Assembly: GCA_964566225.1 (NCBI GenBank)
Contig: CAZMHV010000001.1
Coordinates: 149,963-213,962, forward strand
Source: an uncultured Gammaproteobacteria bacterium
GTDB lineage: Bacteria; Patescibacteriota; Patescibacteriia; Magasanikbacterales; UBA922
Length of the DNA: 64,000 bases
Direction: 5' to 3'
A model generated the notes under the pieces. That model saw nothing but the letters and a program-made list of their open reading frames with translations. It ran no database searches and had not been told where the DNA came from. How positions within the stretch are numbered: position 1 is the stretch's first letter; each line of letters begins with the position of its first letter. Made by a program: the position numbers and the translations under genes. Below are positions 38,909-48,560 of this stretch, one piece after another.

Positions 38909-39070
38909 TTAGAGTGATTGGATGTTGCTGATGATATTTTTCAAATGTTCAACACGATGTTCCTCGTATTTCTTGAGTACAGCGTGAAATTTGTGACGTA
39001 AACGGTTCATTTCACTATCAAACTCACTGAGTAACTCATCAACTGCTCTTTGTTTTTGAGAAATTTGCAT
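38909..39070 (-). CDS. Small hypothetical coiled-coil protein (53 aa) immediately upstream of the giant ORF
   Basis: ATG-initiated ORF MQISQKQRAVDELLSEFDSEMNRLRHKFHAVLKKYEEHRVEHLKNIISNIQSL, below the 60-aa cut-off of the ORF track and separated from the giant gene by a short hairpin. Confidence 0.3.
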   Translation of the reverse strand: MQISQKQRAVDELLSEFDSEMNRLRHKFHAVLKKYEEHRVEHLKNIISNIQSL

Positions 39071-39107
39071 AGAAAATATTTTATTTATTATACCATTTTT
39101 TTACACT

Positions 39108-39141
39108 TTCTAAAACAAAAAACCCGGGGGTGAACCGGGTT
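39108..39141 (-). terminator. Rho-independent terminator after leuS
   Basis: Minus-strand hairpin AACCCGGTTCACCCCCGGGTT followed by TTTTTGTTTT. Confidence 0.7.
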
Positions 39142-39157
39142 GTTGTGTGTATAAGTT

Positions 39158-42100
39158 TTACACTACAATACTCACTAATTTTCCTTTGACATAAATCACT
39201 TTTTGAGGAGTTTTGCCATCGAGAAATTTTTGAACATTTTCTTGTGCTATTGCTTGTGCTGTAATATCTTCTTCAGTAATATTTGCATCAACTTCGAGAC
39301 TGGCACGAACCTTGCCATTGACCTGCACCACAATCGTGAGTGTATCTGAGACGATTTTTGCAGCATCATGAGTTGGAAATGGTTGAATCGTTACAGAATC
39401 GGTGTGTCCTTGATTTGCCCACATTTCTTCGGCAATATGTGGTGCAAATGGTGCCAAAATTTTGATAAACAGTTCAAAGTGTTCCGGTGCAATAGTTTCT
39501 TCTTTGCTGAGCACGTTGACGAGTTCCATCATTTTGGCAATCGCTGTGTTATATTGCATATTTGATAGGTCTTCACCAACTTTTTTGACAGTGAGGTGAA
39601 CGGTTCGTTCGGCTTCGGATGAAGGTGCTGCTGATGCAGTCACTTTTTCTTGCAATTTCCACACACGATCAAAAAATCTGCGTACGCCTTTGACACTGTC
39701 CGTATTCCAAGGCTTGGTTTGCTCGAGTGGACCCATGAACATTTCATACACGCGCATGGTGTCTGCGCCGTATTCGTTGATCACATCCGTTGGATTGATC
39801 ACATTCCCCCATCGTTTACTCATTTTGCGATTGTCTTCGCCGAGAATAAGACCTTGGTGACGAGTTTTGGTAAATGGTTCGTCAAAGGTGATATAACCAG
39901 CATCGTACAAAACTTTGGTAAAGAAACGTGAGTAGAGCAAATGTCCATTCACATGTTCTTCTCCGCCAAGATAGAAATCTACTGGCATCCATGTTTTGAG
40001 AGCCTCAGGGGAAGCAAACGCACCATCATTTTTTGGATCAAGATAACGATAATAATACCATGATGAACACATGAATGTGTCGAGGGTGTCCGGTTCACGT
40101 TTCCAACCTTTGCCATATTTTTCTTCGACTCCTGCATTGAATGATTCAGCATACATGAGTGGAGATTGACCGGTTGGTTTGAAGTCGACGTCGTCGGGGA
40201 GGATGACCGGAAGGTCTGTTTCGGGAAGTGCTTTCAAATCCATGCGAACTGGCGCGAGAACTTCTTGCAATAATTGAGGGAATTCTACAAAACCATCTTG
40301 CGCACCAAAGTGCCCAGCATTGCGCATACGTGTAACACGTGCAAAAGGCAAATGCTGATTGAAAAATTGTTGGGTAGAAGCCAGATCAATGTATGGATCA
40401 GTAGTAGAAAGAATAACCACAACTTCACCTACATTTTCTTGCACTTTTTGGAAATCAACAGGAGTACTCATGAATGTTTTGAGCATCTCCCACATGTTGT
40501 CTCCATCACAAAAATTACGAATGTTGGTGTACCAAATATCTGTTGGCAAAGTCGGTGCAATGAGCACAAGCTTACGCAATTTGTGAGTCTCTGCTAATTT
40601 TAAAGCATTCCAACAACTGAGTGATCGTCCAATAACAATACTATTTCCATCTCCGACTACTGGTTCTGCAACAGCTTGCCATTTTTCAAAGACGGGTAAA
40701 TTTGCTTCGGGAAGTTCAGGCGTAGAAACGTTGATGTTTTTTGCTCTCAACTTTTCTCCAAGCCATGGATGAAAATGATCAGCAGGACTACTTCCCCATG
40801 CATGAAGTTGCAACACTGAACTTGGTGCCTGTTGGTATTGTTCCAATAATTCTGGCGAAACATTTTCAACATGAAGCATCGGAATCGGTGCACCCCAAAA
40901 ACGCTGGCGAGACACAGACCAGTCGCGGAGTTTGTATTGCACTTTGCGGGTGCCGATTTCACGTTGTTCGAGGTGTTCGATGATTTTCTTTTTGGCTTCT
41001 TCCACAGAAAGACCGTTCAAAAAATCTGAATTTGTGAGGTGACCAGATCCGGTGTGAGGTTGGTTGGTAATTTCCATATCGGGTCCTTTCACCACTTGAC
41101 GAATTGTTAAACCAAACTTCGTTGCAAACTCAAAATCCCGCTCATCATGCGCAGGCACAGCCATAATCGCACCGGTTCCGTAGGATGCAAACACATAATC
41201 TGCCATCCACACAGGAATCTCTTCACCTGAAACAGGATTTACAGCCTTGAGGCCCTTGAGTTCAACACCTGACTTTTCTTTTTGGGTTTGACGATCCATG
41301 TCTGTTTTCAATTTTGTTTCATCAATATATTTTTTTACTTCATCCCAATTCGTGATCAAAGATTGCAATTCGGGAACCAAAGCATGTTCTGGAGCAACCA
41401 CCAAATACGTTGCACCAAAAATAGTATCTGGGCGTGTGGTAAACACTCGAATATTTTTGGCAGTTTGCAAAACAGGAAAATCAACTTCTGCACCTTCACT
41501 TCGTCCAATCCAATTGCGCTGGCGCATTTTGGTTTCTTCGGGCCAGTCGATGCGATCAAGTCCTTCAAGAAGTTTGTCAGCGTAGTCAGTGATTTTTAAA
41601 TACCATTGTTCCATGGGGCGTTGCACCACAACCGTGTCACAGCGTTCACATTTTCCTTCACCAGTCACCTGTTCGTTGGCGAGCGCAGTTTTACAACTAT
41701 CACACCAATTTACATTTTGATTTTTGCGATATGCCAAACCTTGTTTGTACATGAGGAGAAAAAACCACTGTGTCCATTTGTAATAATCACTATTGTGACT
41801 CCCCACTTCTCTGTCCCAGTCAACTGAAATTCCGAGGCCTTTGATTTGACTCCGAAAGTTATCAATGGCAGCGTTAGTACTCACGCGTGGATGTACATTG
41901 GTTTTAATCGCATAATTTTCAGCAGGCAAACCAAAAGAATCCCAGCCAATCACCTGGAGCACCTTTTTGCCCATCATACGTTGATAGCGCGCATAAATGT
42001 CACACGCTGTGTACACTTCGGCATGACCCACGTGAAGACCGCTTCCTGAAGGGTATGGAAGCTGTGGGAGGATGTACATTTTATTTTCGGGAGTAACATT

Positions 42101-42181
42101 GGTGGGTGTCTTATACAGGTTTTGCTTTTCCCACTCTGCTTGCCACTTTGGTTCAATTTCTTTGGGGTTGTATTGATTCAT
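39158..42181 (-). CDS. leuS: Leucyl-tRNA synthetase carrying a ~215-aa inserted RBBP9/YdeN-type serine hydrolase domain
   Basis: HIGH (HVGHAE), CP1 editing motifs (TTRPDT, AHDERD) and KMSKS (KMSKR) are all present. Residues ~436-655 align to the PF06821 family (HFHPWLGEKL, GRSLS, TTDPYI, NAGHFGAQDGFVEFP). Confidence 0.9.
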   Translation of the reverse strand: MNQYNPKEIEPKWQAEWEKQNLYKTPTNVTPENKMYILPQLPYPSGSGLHVGHAEVYTACDIYARYQRMMGKKVLQVIGWDSFGLPAENYAIKTNVHPRVSTNAAIDNFRSQIKGLGISVDWDREVGSHNSDYYKWTQWFFLLMYKQGLAYRKNQNVNWCDSCKTALANEQVTGEGKCERCDTVVVQRPMEQWYLKITDYADKLLEGLDRIDWPEETKMRQRNWIGRSEGAEVDFPVLQTAKNIRVFTTRPDTIFGATYLVVAPEHALVPELQSLITNWDEVKKYIDETKLKTDMDRQTQKEKSGVELKGLKAVNPVSGEEIPVWMADYVFASYGTGAIMAVPAHDERDFEFATKFGLTIRQVVKGPDMEITNQPHTGSGHLTNSDFLNGLSVEEAKKKIIEHLEQREIGTRKVQYKLRDWSVSRQRFWGAPIPMLHVENVSPELLEQYQQAPSSVLQLHAWGSSPADHFHPWLGEKLRAKNINVSTPELPEANLPVFEKWQAVAEPVVGDGNSIVIGRSLSCWNALKLAETHKLRKLVLIAPTLPTDIWYTNIRNFCDGDNMWEMLKTFMSTPVDFQKVQENVGEVVVILSTTDPYIDLASTQQFFNQHLPFARVTRMRNAGHFGAQDGFVEFPQLLQEVLAPVRMDLKALPETDLPVILPDDVDFKPTGQSPLMYAESFNAGVEEKYGKGWKREPDTLDTFMCSSWYYYRYLDPKNDGAFASPEALKTWMPVDFYLGGEEHVNGHLLYSRFFTKVLYDAGYITFDEPFTKTRHQGLILGEDNRKMSKRWGNVINPTDVINEYGADTMRVYEMFMGPLEQTKPWNTDSVKGVRRFFDRVWKLQEKVTASAAPSSEAERTVHLTVKKVGEDLSNMQYNTAIAKMMELVNVLSKEETIAPEHFELFIKILAPFAPHIAEEMWANQGHTDSVTIQPFPTHDAAKIVSDTLTIVVQVNGKVRASLEVDANITEEDITAQAIAQENVQKFLDGKTPQKVIYVKGKLVSIVV

Positions 42182-42201
42182 AAAATAAGTCCAAAAAAAG
42201 T

Positions 42202-43008
42202 TTATTCTAAATTATTATTTACCATATCCAAAACTCTTTTGTGGAGAAGTGGATTTGAGATAACATAATCTTGTCTGCCGCGTTTCCATGGATTGCCATG
42301 ACTATCACTTACCACAGCACCAGCCTGTTCACAAATAAATAAATTTGGAAGTAAGTCCCAATCAAGGCCAGCATTTCCAAATGCAAAATCAATTGATCCT
42401 TTTGCAATATACGACAGCATTCCTGCACATCCAAAGTTTGACATGGCAGCATTGGTACTCAGAGCAAAATTTGATACGGCTGCTCTGTATTTTTCAAAAT
42501 AATCACCATATAAACCAAAAGGAGAACAACGAAACATTATCCCATACCCTTTTTCAAGGGTATCTGTATTGTTCACCATAATTTTTTTGTCATTCACAAA
42601 TGCACCCACTCCTTGCTCAGCAAAAAAAAGTTCATCAGAAATTGGATGGTATACCGCAGCCATATGCATGGTTCCATTTTTCAAAACAGCAATCATCACT
42701 GCCCAGACTGGAATACCAATTGCAAAATTTCTCGTGCCATCAATGGGATCAATCACCCATTCATATTCAGTCTCAGCTGCATTGATATCTTCGGTAAGCT
42801 CTTCACTTTTAATATGATGCGTTGGATACTTGGAATGAATTTGCTTTACCAAAAATTCACTTACTGCTAAATCAGCTATCGTAACAAAGTCTTTGCTATC
42901 TGCTTTGGTTTGAATTTCTACTCCTTGATAAAAATAAGGTTTGGCAATATCCCCCGCTTCACGAATAATCTGCTTTAAAAAGTCTCTCATATCAGAATTT
43001 GGTGTCAA
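42202..43008 (-). CDS. Inositol monophosphatase family protein (SuhB-like)
   Basis: Metal-binding motifs WVIDPIDGT and a WAVMIAV...GGMHMAAV-type core. Confidence 0.8.
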   Translation of the reverse strand: MTPNSDMRDFLKQIIREAGDIAKPYFYQGVEIQTKADSKDFVTIADLAVSEFLVKQIHSKYPTHHIKSEELTEDINAAETEYEWVIDPIDGTRNFAIGIPVWAVMIAVLKNGTMHMAAVYHPISDELFFAEQGVGAFVNDKKIMVNNTDTLEKGYGIMFRCSPFGLYGDYFEKYRAAVSNFALSTNAAMSNFGCAGMLSYIAKGSIDFAFGNAGLDWDLLPNLFICEQAGAVVSDSHGNPWKRGRQDYVISNPLLHKRVLDMVNNNLE

Positions 43009-43094
43009 AAATATACCCGGTATGATACAAAATTTTCTCTAAAATTGCAAGAGTTTTGGCTTTTTTGGCTTGACAGAGAGAGAAAAATAGTATA

Positions 43095-43375
43095 GTGTAC
43101 GACTGGCTCAAAAGGAGGGAGCCAAGCTATGGTGGTTGCCACCATGCATTTCACGTCTCTCGAAGATGCGGTCACGTTTTTGTTGACCGCAGCGGCAGTG
43201 TTTGGAGTTCTGCTCAGCGTGGGAATTTCACGACGCAACAAGCGTGACCCACGACGACTGCGACTACCGGGCGAGGAATAAGTCCCCTCGCCACCCCCGA
43301 GAGACTCTTCCCCTAGGCTTTGTCGAGCCCAGAGGAAGAAAAAGATCCCTGTCTATGAGGGATCTTTTTTATTTT
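43095..43375 (+). ncRNA. Candidate GC-rich structured small RNA; alternatively a 50-aa membrane peptide ORF at 43129..43281
   Basis: Promoter-like TTGACA-N17-TAGTGT, four or more stable hairpins in ~250 nt, ~55% GC against a ~38% genome, and an intrinsic terminator at 43341..43375. No + strand gene lies downstream. Confidence 0.35.
43341..43375 (+). terminator. Bidirectional rho-independent terminator, shared by the small + strand unit and minus-strand gdhA
   Basis: Hairpin AGATCCCTGTCTATGAGGGATCT flanked by T-runs on both strands. Confidence 0.75.
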
Positions 43376-43379
43376 TGTA

Positions 43380-44612
43380 TTATCCACGAGCCTTCATGGC
43401 ATCGCTGACTCTTTCTACTGCCCGGACAAATGCAGCTACACGCATATTCACATTATATTTTTCTTTGGTTGCCCAGACTTCATTAAAGGCACGCACCATG
43501 ATTGTTTCAAGTTTTGCCAAAACTTCTTCTTCGGTCCAATAGTAATTGGAAGCATTTTGTACTTGTTCAAAATAACTGACGGTCACACCACCGGCATTGG
43601 ACAAAATATCTGGTACAAACAAAATTCCTTTGCTGTGCAAAATTTCATCGGCTTCTGGAGTGACTGGGCCATTGGCAAGTTCTACAATCATCTTGGCTTG
43701 AATACGTGCGGCATTTTCACCAGTAATAACATTTTCAAGTGCGGCTGGAACAAGAATGTGGACACCGAGTTCGAGCAATGCTTCGTTGCTCACCGCTTCA
43801 CTGCCAGCAAAGCCAACCACAGAACCAGTTTGTTCTTTGTGTGATTCAAGTGCGGCGACATCAAGACCATTCATATTCATCACACCACCTTTGGAGTCAC
43901 TCGCAGCAACAATTTTGTATCCTTCATGGGCCAAAATTTTCGCCATAAAACTTCCAGCATTGCCAAACCCTTGTACTGCCACAGTCACGTCACTCGCATT
44001 CCATCCCATTTTTTTGACTGCTTCTTTGGTTACATACACACCACCTTGCGCAGTAGAAAATCCACGTCCAGCAGAACCACCCAGGCTGAGGGGTTTGCCC
44101 GTAATCATTCCTGGTGCATGTTGCCCCACCAACTTTTCGTATTCATCGAGCATCCAGCCCATGATTTGTGGTGTGGTATATACGTCTGGTGCAGGCACAT
44201 CTTGTGTTGGGCCAAGGTACTTATAGATTTGACCAATGTAACCACGAGAGAGACGTTCGAGTTCAGCTTCGGAAAGTTCTTTGGGATTAACAATAATACC
44301 ACCTTTGCCACCACCAAGTGGAATACCCACCACAGAACACTTCATGGTCATCCAAAATGACAAAGCTTTTACTTCGTCGAGACTCACATTCCAGTGATAG
44401 CGAATACCACCTTTGTATGGGCCACAGGCATTGTTGTATTGACTTCGAAATCCCGTAAACACTTTGACCTCTCCACTATCCATTTTTACAGGGATAGATA
44501 CGGTGAGCACACGATTTGGCTGCTGGAGCTCTGCCAAAATATTTTTATCAAGATTGAGTGTAGAGGCTGCCAAAGAAAGCTGCTTCATGGCATTTTCAAA
44601 TGGATTATTCAT
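43380..44612 (-). CDS. gdhA: Glutamate dehydrogenase
   Basis: Glu/Leu/Phe/Val dehydrogenase signature (KGGIRYH, GGGKGG) and a Rossmann region (VAVQGFGNAG); start set at MNNPFENAMKQ. Confidence 0.9.
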   Translation of the reverse strand: MNNPFENAMKQLSLAASTLNLDKNILAELQQPNRVLTVSIPVKMDSGEVKVFTGFRSQYNNACGPYKGGIRYHWNVSLDEVKALSFWMTMKCSVVGIPLGGGKGGIIVNPKELSEAELERLSRGYIGQIYKYLGPTQDVPAPDVYTTPQIMGWMLDEYEKLVGQHAPGMITGKPLSLGGSAGRGFSTAQGGVYVTKEAVKKMGWNASDVTVAVQGFGNAGSFMAKILAHEGYKIVAASDSKGGVMNMNGLDVAALESHKEQTGSVVGFAGSEAVSNEALLELGVHILVPAALENVITGENAARIQAKMIVELANGPVTPEADEILHSKGILFVPDILSNAGGVTVSYFEQVQNASNYYWTEEEVLAKLETIMVRAFNEVWATKEKYNVNMRVAAFVRAVERVSDAMKARG

Positions 44613-44887
44613 ATGCAATACAAATAGAAGTAAGTACACAGTAGTGTACCTAAAACAGTCAACCACCGTCAAGTATGGTGAGGAAAAATAAAACAGCCCC
44701 TGCAGAGGGCTGTTTCCGAGCTCGTTGTTCCCCCCTGCTGTTGCAACAACAGAGAAGAGAAGTTTTTTTTCTTTTTGCCTTTAGGTAAATTTTTCCCATT
44801 GGCAATGTTTGTTTGATTTGTGATAATTATACTCTTTTTTTTGGTTTTAATCAAACCAAGTTTTACACAGTTTCTACACAGTATAAA

Positions 44888-44916
44888 ATGCCCCTTTTTG
44901 GGGGCATTTTTCATTA
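44888..44916 (-). terminator. Rho-independent terminator after trxA (bidirectional)
   Basis: Hairpin GCCCCCAAAAAGGGGC flanked by A/T runs. Confidence 0.65.
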
Positions 44917-45237
44917 CATGTGTTTTTCCATAAAAGCCTTGAGCTTGTCTTTGGGCATACCACCCATTTCTTCTCCTACTACCTCACCATTTTTGAAAAT
45001 AAGAAAGGTAGGAATACTCATAATATTGTACTTGCCTGGAGTTTGTGAATTTTCGTCACAGTTCATTTTGCCGATTTTGAGTTTACTCGAATCTATTTCT
45101 GCAGCCAATTCCTCTACCATTGGCCCCATTTGTTGACATGGTCCACACCAAGGCGCCCAAAAATCTACAAATACTGGAATTGGTGAGTTTAACACTTCCT
45201 CCTGAAAATTGTCGTCGGTAAAAATTGTATCTTCCAT
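44914..45237 (-). CDS. trxA: Thioredoxin
   Basis: WCGPC active site within a ~105-aa thioredoxin fold. Confidence 0.9.
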   Translation of the reverse strand: MEDTIFTDDNFQEEVLNSPIPVFVDFWAPWCGPCQQMGPMVEELAAEIDSSKLKIGKMNCDENSQTPGKYNIMSIPTFLIFKNGEVVGEEMGGMPKDKLKAFMEKHM

Positions 45238-45277
45238 AAAATAAAATTAATGAATACGGGAACTGATTGTAACATGT

Positions 45278-46324
45278 TTATGCTGCGGCTGCAAGATCTG
45301 GGGAGTCCTCGGCAGGAGCCTGGGTTTCTGCGGCGTTGGCAGCGTTTCTTTGCATCTGTACTACCGTGGCAGTAGGAGTTTGTTCGTCATCTCGTGCTAC
45401 CGGAGGAGCTTCTTCTTTTTGTGCAGGTGTTTCGACTGCCTGTGCCGTTTGTGCCTCTTTTAGTTCTTTTTGTTTTTGTCGTTCTGCTCTTTTTTGAGCA
45501 ACCATGTCTTCAACCTGTGCCGCTGGCATATTTTTTATTTCTTCTTTCACTTCTTCTGGTGTTTTTTCTTTTGCTGGTTGTTCTTTTTTGGAGGCTTCTA
45601 TTGTTTTTGCAGTCTCTGCCTTTTGTTTGGCTTCTGCAACTTCTTGGCTATCATCAAAATAAAAAAATGTGAGTTTGGCTTCTTGGGGTTTGCCGTTCAG
45701 CATATATCTGTGAACTGCTTCAAAACCAGTGTCTTTATTGAGTGTATCTCTGTGTTTAATATGAAATAGTCCTTGTGCTTCACCAAGTCCTGCCGAAGCG
45801 TTTCGTAATAAGTTTTGCATCTCTTGTGCTCGACTAAAGGGAATAACAAACTGTCCACCTTCAATTTCACTTTTTTGATTGCCGAGCTTGGCCATATTCA
45901 CCTCATTTTTCACAGCATACACTTCTTTAAATTGTTCACATGCTTCAGACCACATTTTAAAAATATTTCCAGAAACATTTGATTTTTCAACTTGTTTTTG
46001 TACTACTTGTTTGCCTTCTTCAAGTTGATCTCCTTTCATAAGCGCACTTGCCTCAGCAGCAGTATCAACTTCTGTTTCTTTTACCAAATTAACAGATTGT
46101 CCGAGTGCATCTTTTACTTTTACACGCTGCAATTCTACTTCTGGACCATGACCATCATGTCCAAGACGAGCTTTTCTTTCTCCAAACAAAGACCGGAATG
46201 TTTCTACTTTTCCACTTCCTATTTCTTGAGAAGGTTGCTCTGCTTGTTTTTCTTGTTCTCGGTCATCGTTTGCTGCCTCAGGAGGAAGTTCTTGTGAGGC
46301 AATTTGTCTGGCGGTTTGGGTCAT
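45278..46324 (-). CDS. Hypothetical protein, Glu/Lys/Gln/Ala-rich with low-complexity termini
   Basis: Long ORF of native composition between trxA and infB; no recognised motif. Confidence 0.45.
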   Translation of the reverse strand: MTQTARQIASQELPPEAANDDREQEKQAEQPSQEIGSGKVETFRSLFGERKARLGHDGHGPEVELQRVKVKDALGQSVNLVKETEVDTAAEASALMKGDQLEEGKQVVQKQVEKSNVSGNIFKMWSEACEQFKEVYAVKNEVNMAKLGNQKSEIEGGQFVIPFSRAQEMQNLLRNASAGLGEAQGLFHIKHRDTLNKDTGFEAVHRYMLNGKPQEAKLTFFYFDDSQEVAEAKQKAETAKTIEASKKEQPAKEKTPEEVKEEIKNMPAAQVEDMVAQKRAERQKQKELKEAQTAQAVETPAQKEEAPPVARDDEQTPTATVVQMQRNAANAAETQAPAEDSPDLAAAA

Positions 46325-46394
46325 AGTGAAAAAATAAAGAGACACCCCAGTCAGGGCGTCTCATGTTTGGGGTATGGTAATAATACCAAATTTT

Positions 46395-48422
46395 TTATTG
46401 GAATACAATTTTACGTACTTTGGATTCTTCGGTATAAAATTCAAGCACATCATCTACTTCAATTTTGGTTTTTCCTTCAAAAGTAAGTCCACATTCACTT
46501 CCACCTGGAATTTCTTTCATTTCTTGTTTGCCAGTTTGACACTTACTAATTTTACCCGTAGCAATGATTTCACCATCACGTTTAATACGTGCCAAACAAT
46601 CACGTTTTACTTTACCACTTTCTACACGTCCACCAACAATCATAGAAGTTTTTTCGGTACGGAAAATAGCCAGTACTTTGAAATTACCAAGTTCAGTAAC
46701 AATTTTTTCATGCTCGAGCAATTTTTCAAGTTCGCCTTTGACCCAGTCAAAGAGAGCATAGATCACTTCAAATTGATAAAATGGCATGTTTTTTTCACGC
46801 ATGAGACTCTCGGCATCTGGTGTTTGACGAACTTTAAATCCTACTACCAAACCATTGCCGGCTTCGGCTTTGTGAATATCGTCTTCATTAATATTTCCAA
46901 GTCCTTTTCCAATAATTTGGATACCTACTTCGTCGTGTTTAATTTTTTCAAAACTTCCAATAATGGCTTCGAGAGATCCAAGTACATCGGTTTTGACCAC
47001 CAAATTAAGCATTTTCTTTTTGGTTTCTTCGTCAGCCTGCGTAGCGACTTGTTGCACGGTCTGTTTTTCGGCACCCGTTTGCTGTGTTCGTTTTTGTTTT
47101 ACATCAATTTTTTCGGCAGTTGCGGCAAGTGAGACATCCAAAATATCTCCTACTTCTGGAGCAACTTTGAAACCAATAATTTGTACTGGCACCGAAGGAC
47201 CCGCATCATCGACTTGGATACCTTTATAGTTTTTCATGGCGCGCATTTTGCCGTAAATTTCTCCGTGTACTACGAGAGGGTCGTTTTTGTGCAAGGTTCC
47301 AGCTTGGATAAGAATAGTCGCTACTGGTCCAGTGTGTTTGTCAAGATGAGATTCAATAACCGTTCCGACTGCAGGAATTTGTGGATCTGCTTGGATACTA
47401 CTTTCATTTAAGTCAGTAACCAGAAGCAATACATCGAGCAGTTTGTCGATGTTCATTTTTTTCTTGGCAGAAATTTGTACTACAGGCACAGTTCCACCCC
47501 ATTCTTCGGTCAAAATATCATGCTTTGAAAGTTCTGTGAGCACTCGTTGTGGGTCAGCACCTTCTTTATCAATTTTGTTCATGGCCACTACAAATGGAAT
47601 TTTGGCAGCTTTGATAATTTGGATAACTTCTTCGGTTTGAGGTTTCACACCGTCATCAGCCGCAACCACAAGAATAGCAATATCTGCTACTTTGGCACCA
47701 CGACTTCGCATCACAGTAAACGCTTCGTGTCCTGGAGTATCAATAAATGTAAGGGCACGTTCTTCCTTGGTTTTGGGATCTTTCCAAATAGTTTGGTACG
47801 CACCAATATGCTGAGTGATACCACCAGATTCACCACTGGCAATATTGGCTTCACGAATAGTATCAAGCAGAGTTGTTTTACCATGATCAACGTGACCCAT
47901 GACCACAATAACTGGTGGACGAGTTTGCAGATCTTTGGCATTTTTGAGTGCCGCTTCAAGGGCTTCGGATTGAACGGTTTGTTTTTCTTGATCAACTTTT
48001 CCTTCGGCTTCTCTGTCTACATTGTAGCCCATTTCACCGGCAAGAATCGCAGCAGTATCAAAATCGATATTTTGATTTTGGTTGGCCAAAATACCATTTT
48101 TCATGAGCTCGGTAATAATTTGTGTCACTGGAAGTTGTAAACGTTCAGCAAAATCACGCACCGTAATAATAGAAGGAAGAATTACAGAAAGTCCACTTTC
48201 GCGGCGGAGTTCTTTTTCTTTGAGTTTTTTTTCTTCGGCTTCTTTACGTTTTTTTTCTTCTAAGTCTCGCTTGATAAATTTCCATTGTTTGATAATTTGA
48301 CTTGCAACTTTATCATCAATTTTTACCGCTTTCATACCAATATCAAAACCATACTGAGGCAGTACAGTCAGCATTTCTTTGGGGTGTGCACGAAGTTGGC
48401 GGGCGAGTTCGGAGACGTTCAT
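46395..48422 (-). CDS. infB: Translation initiation factor IF-2
   Basis: G domain ([21 protein letters not shown]), beta-barrel domains, and an N-terminal Lys/Glu-rich region. Confidence 0.95.
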   Translation of the reverse strand: MNVSELARQLRAHPKEMLTVLPQYGFDIGMKAVKIDDKVASQIIKQWKFIKRDLEEKKRKEAEEKKLKEKELRRESGLSVILPSIITVRDFAERLQLPVTQIITELMKNGILANQNQNIDFDTAAILAGEMGYNVDREAEGKVDQEKQTVQSEALEAALKNAKDLQTRPPVIVVMGHVDHGKTTLLDTIREANIASGESGGITQHIGAYQTIWKDPKTKEERALTFIDTPGHEAFTVMRSRGAKVADIAILVVAADDGVKPQTEEVIQIIKAAKIPFVVAMNKIDKEGADPQRVLTELSKHDILTEEWGGTVPVVQISAKKKMNIDKLLDVLLLVTDLNESSIQADPQIPAVGTVIESHLDKHTGPVATILIQAGTLHKNDPLVVHGEIYGKMRAMKNYKGIQVDDAGPSVPVQIIGFKVAPEVGDILDVSLAATAEKIDVKQKRTQQTGAEKQTVQQVATQADEETKKKMLNLVVKTDVLGSLEAIIGSFEKIKHDEVGIQIIGKGLGNINEDDIHKAEAGNGLVVGFKVRQTPDAESLMREKNMPFYQFEVIYALFDWVKGELEKLLEHEKIVTELGNFKVLAIFRTEKTSMIVGGRVESGKVKRDCLARIKRDGEIIATGKISKCQTGKQEMKEIPGGSECGLTFEGKTKIEVDDVLEFYTEESKVRKIVFQ

Positions 48423-48514
48423 AGAGTGGATCGAAAATACGAAATATACGAAGTTAAAAAGTTGGCCTCAGTGTAGCAGAATTTTGCGATTTCGTCAATT
48501 TTTGTTTGTTCTGA

Positions 48515-48541
48515 TACAAAAAAACGTCTCAAGGGACGTTT
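48515..48541 (-). terminator. Rho-independent terminator between ppa and infB (bidirectional hairpin)
   Basis: AACGTCTCAAGGGACGTT flanked by A7/T7 runs; a TTGACG-N17-TACACT promoter-like element follows upstream of infB. Confidence 0.65.
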
Positions 48542-48560
48542 TTTTGCTCTAAAATCAGGC

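Noticed and set aside
43005-43408. ORF-track candidates 43005..43241 (-) and 43202..43408 (+)
   Set aside because: Both cut across the promoter, hairpin and terminator architecture of the small GC-rich unit. Reinterpreted as a structured RNA or a 50-aa peptide on the + strand.
46374-47132. 252-aa + strand ORF, plus 46564..46761, 46963..47229 and 47547..48140 +
   Set aside because: Antisense to infB, Phe/Thr/Asn-rich low complexity; infB on the minus strand is unambiguous.
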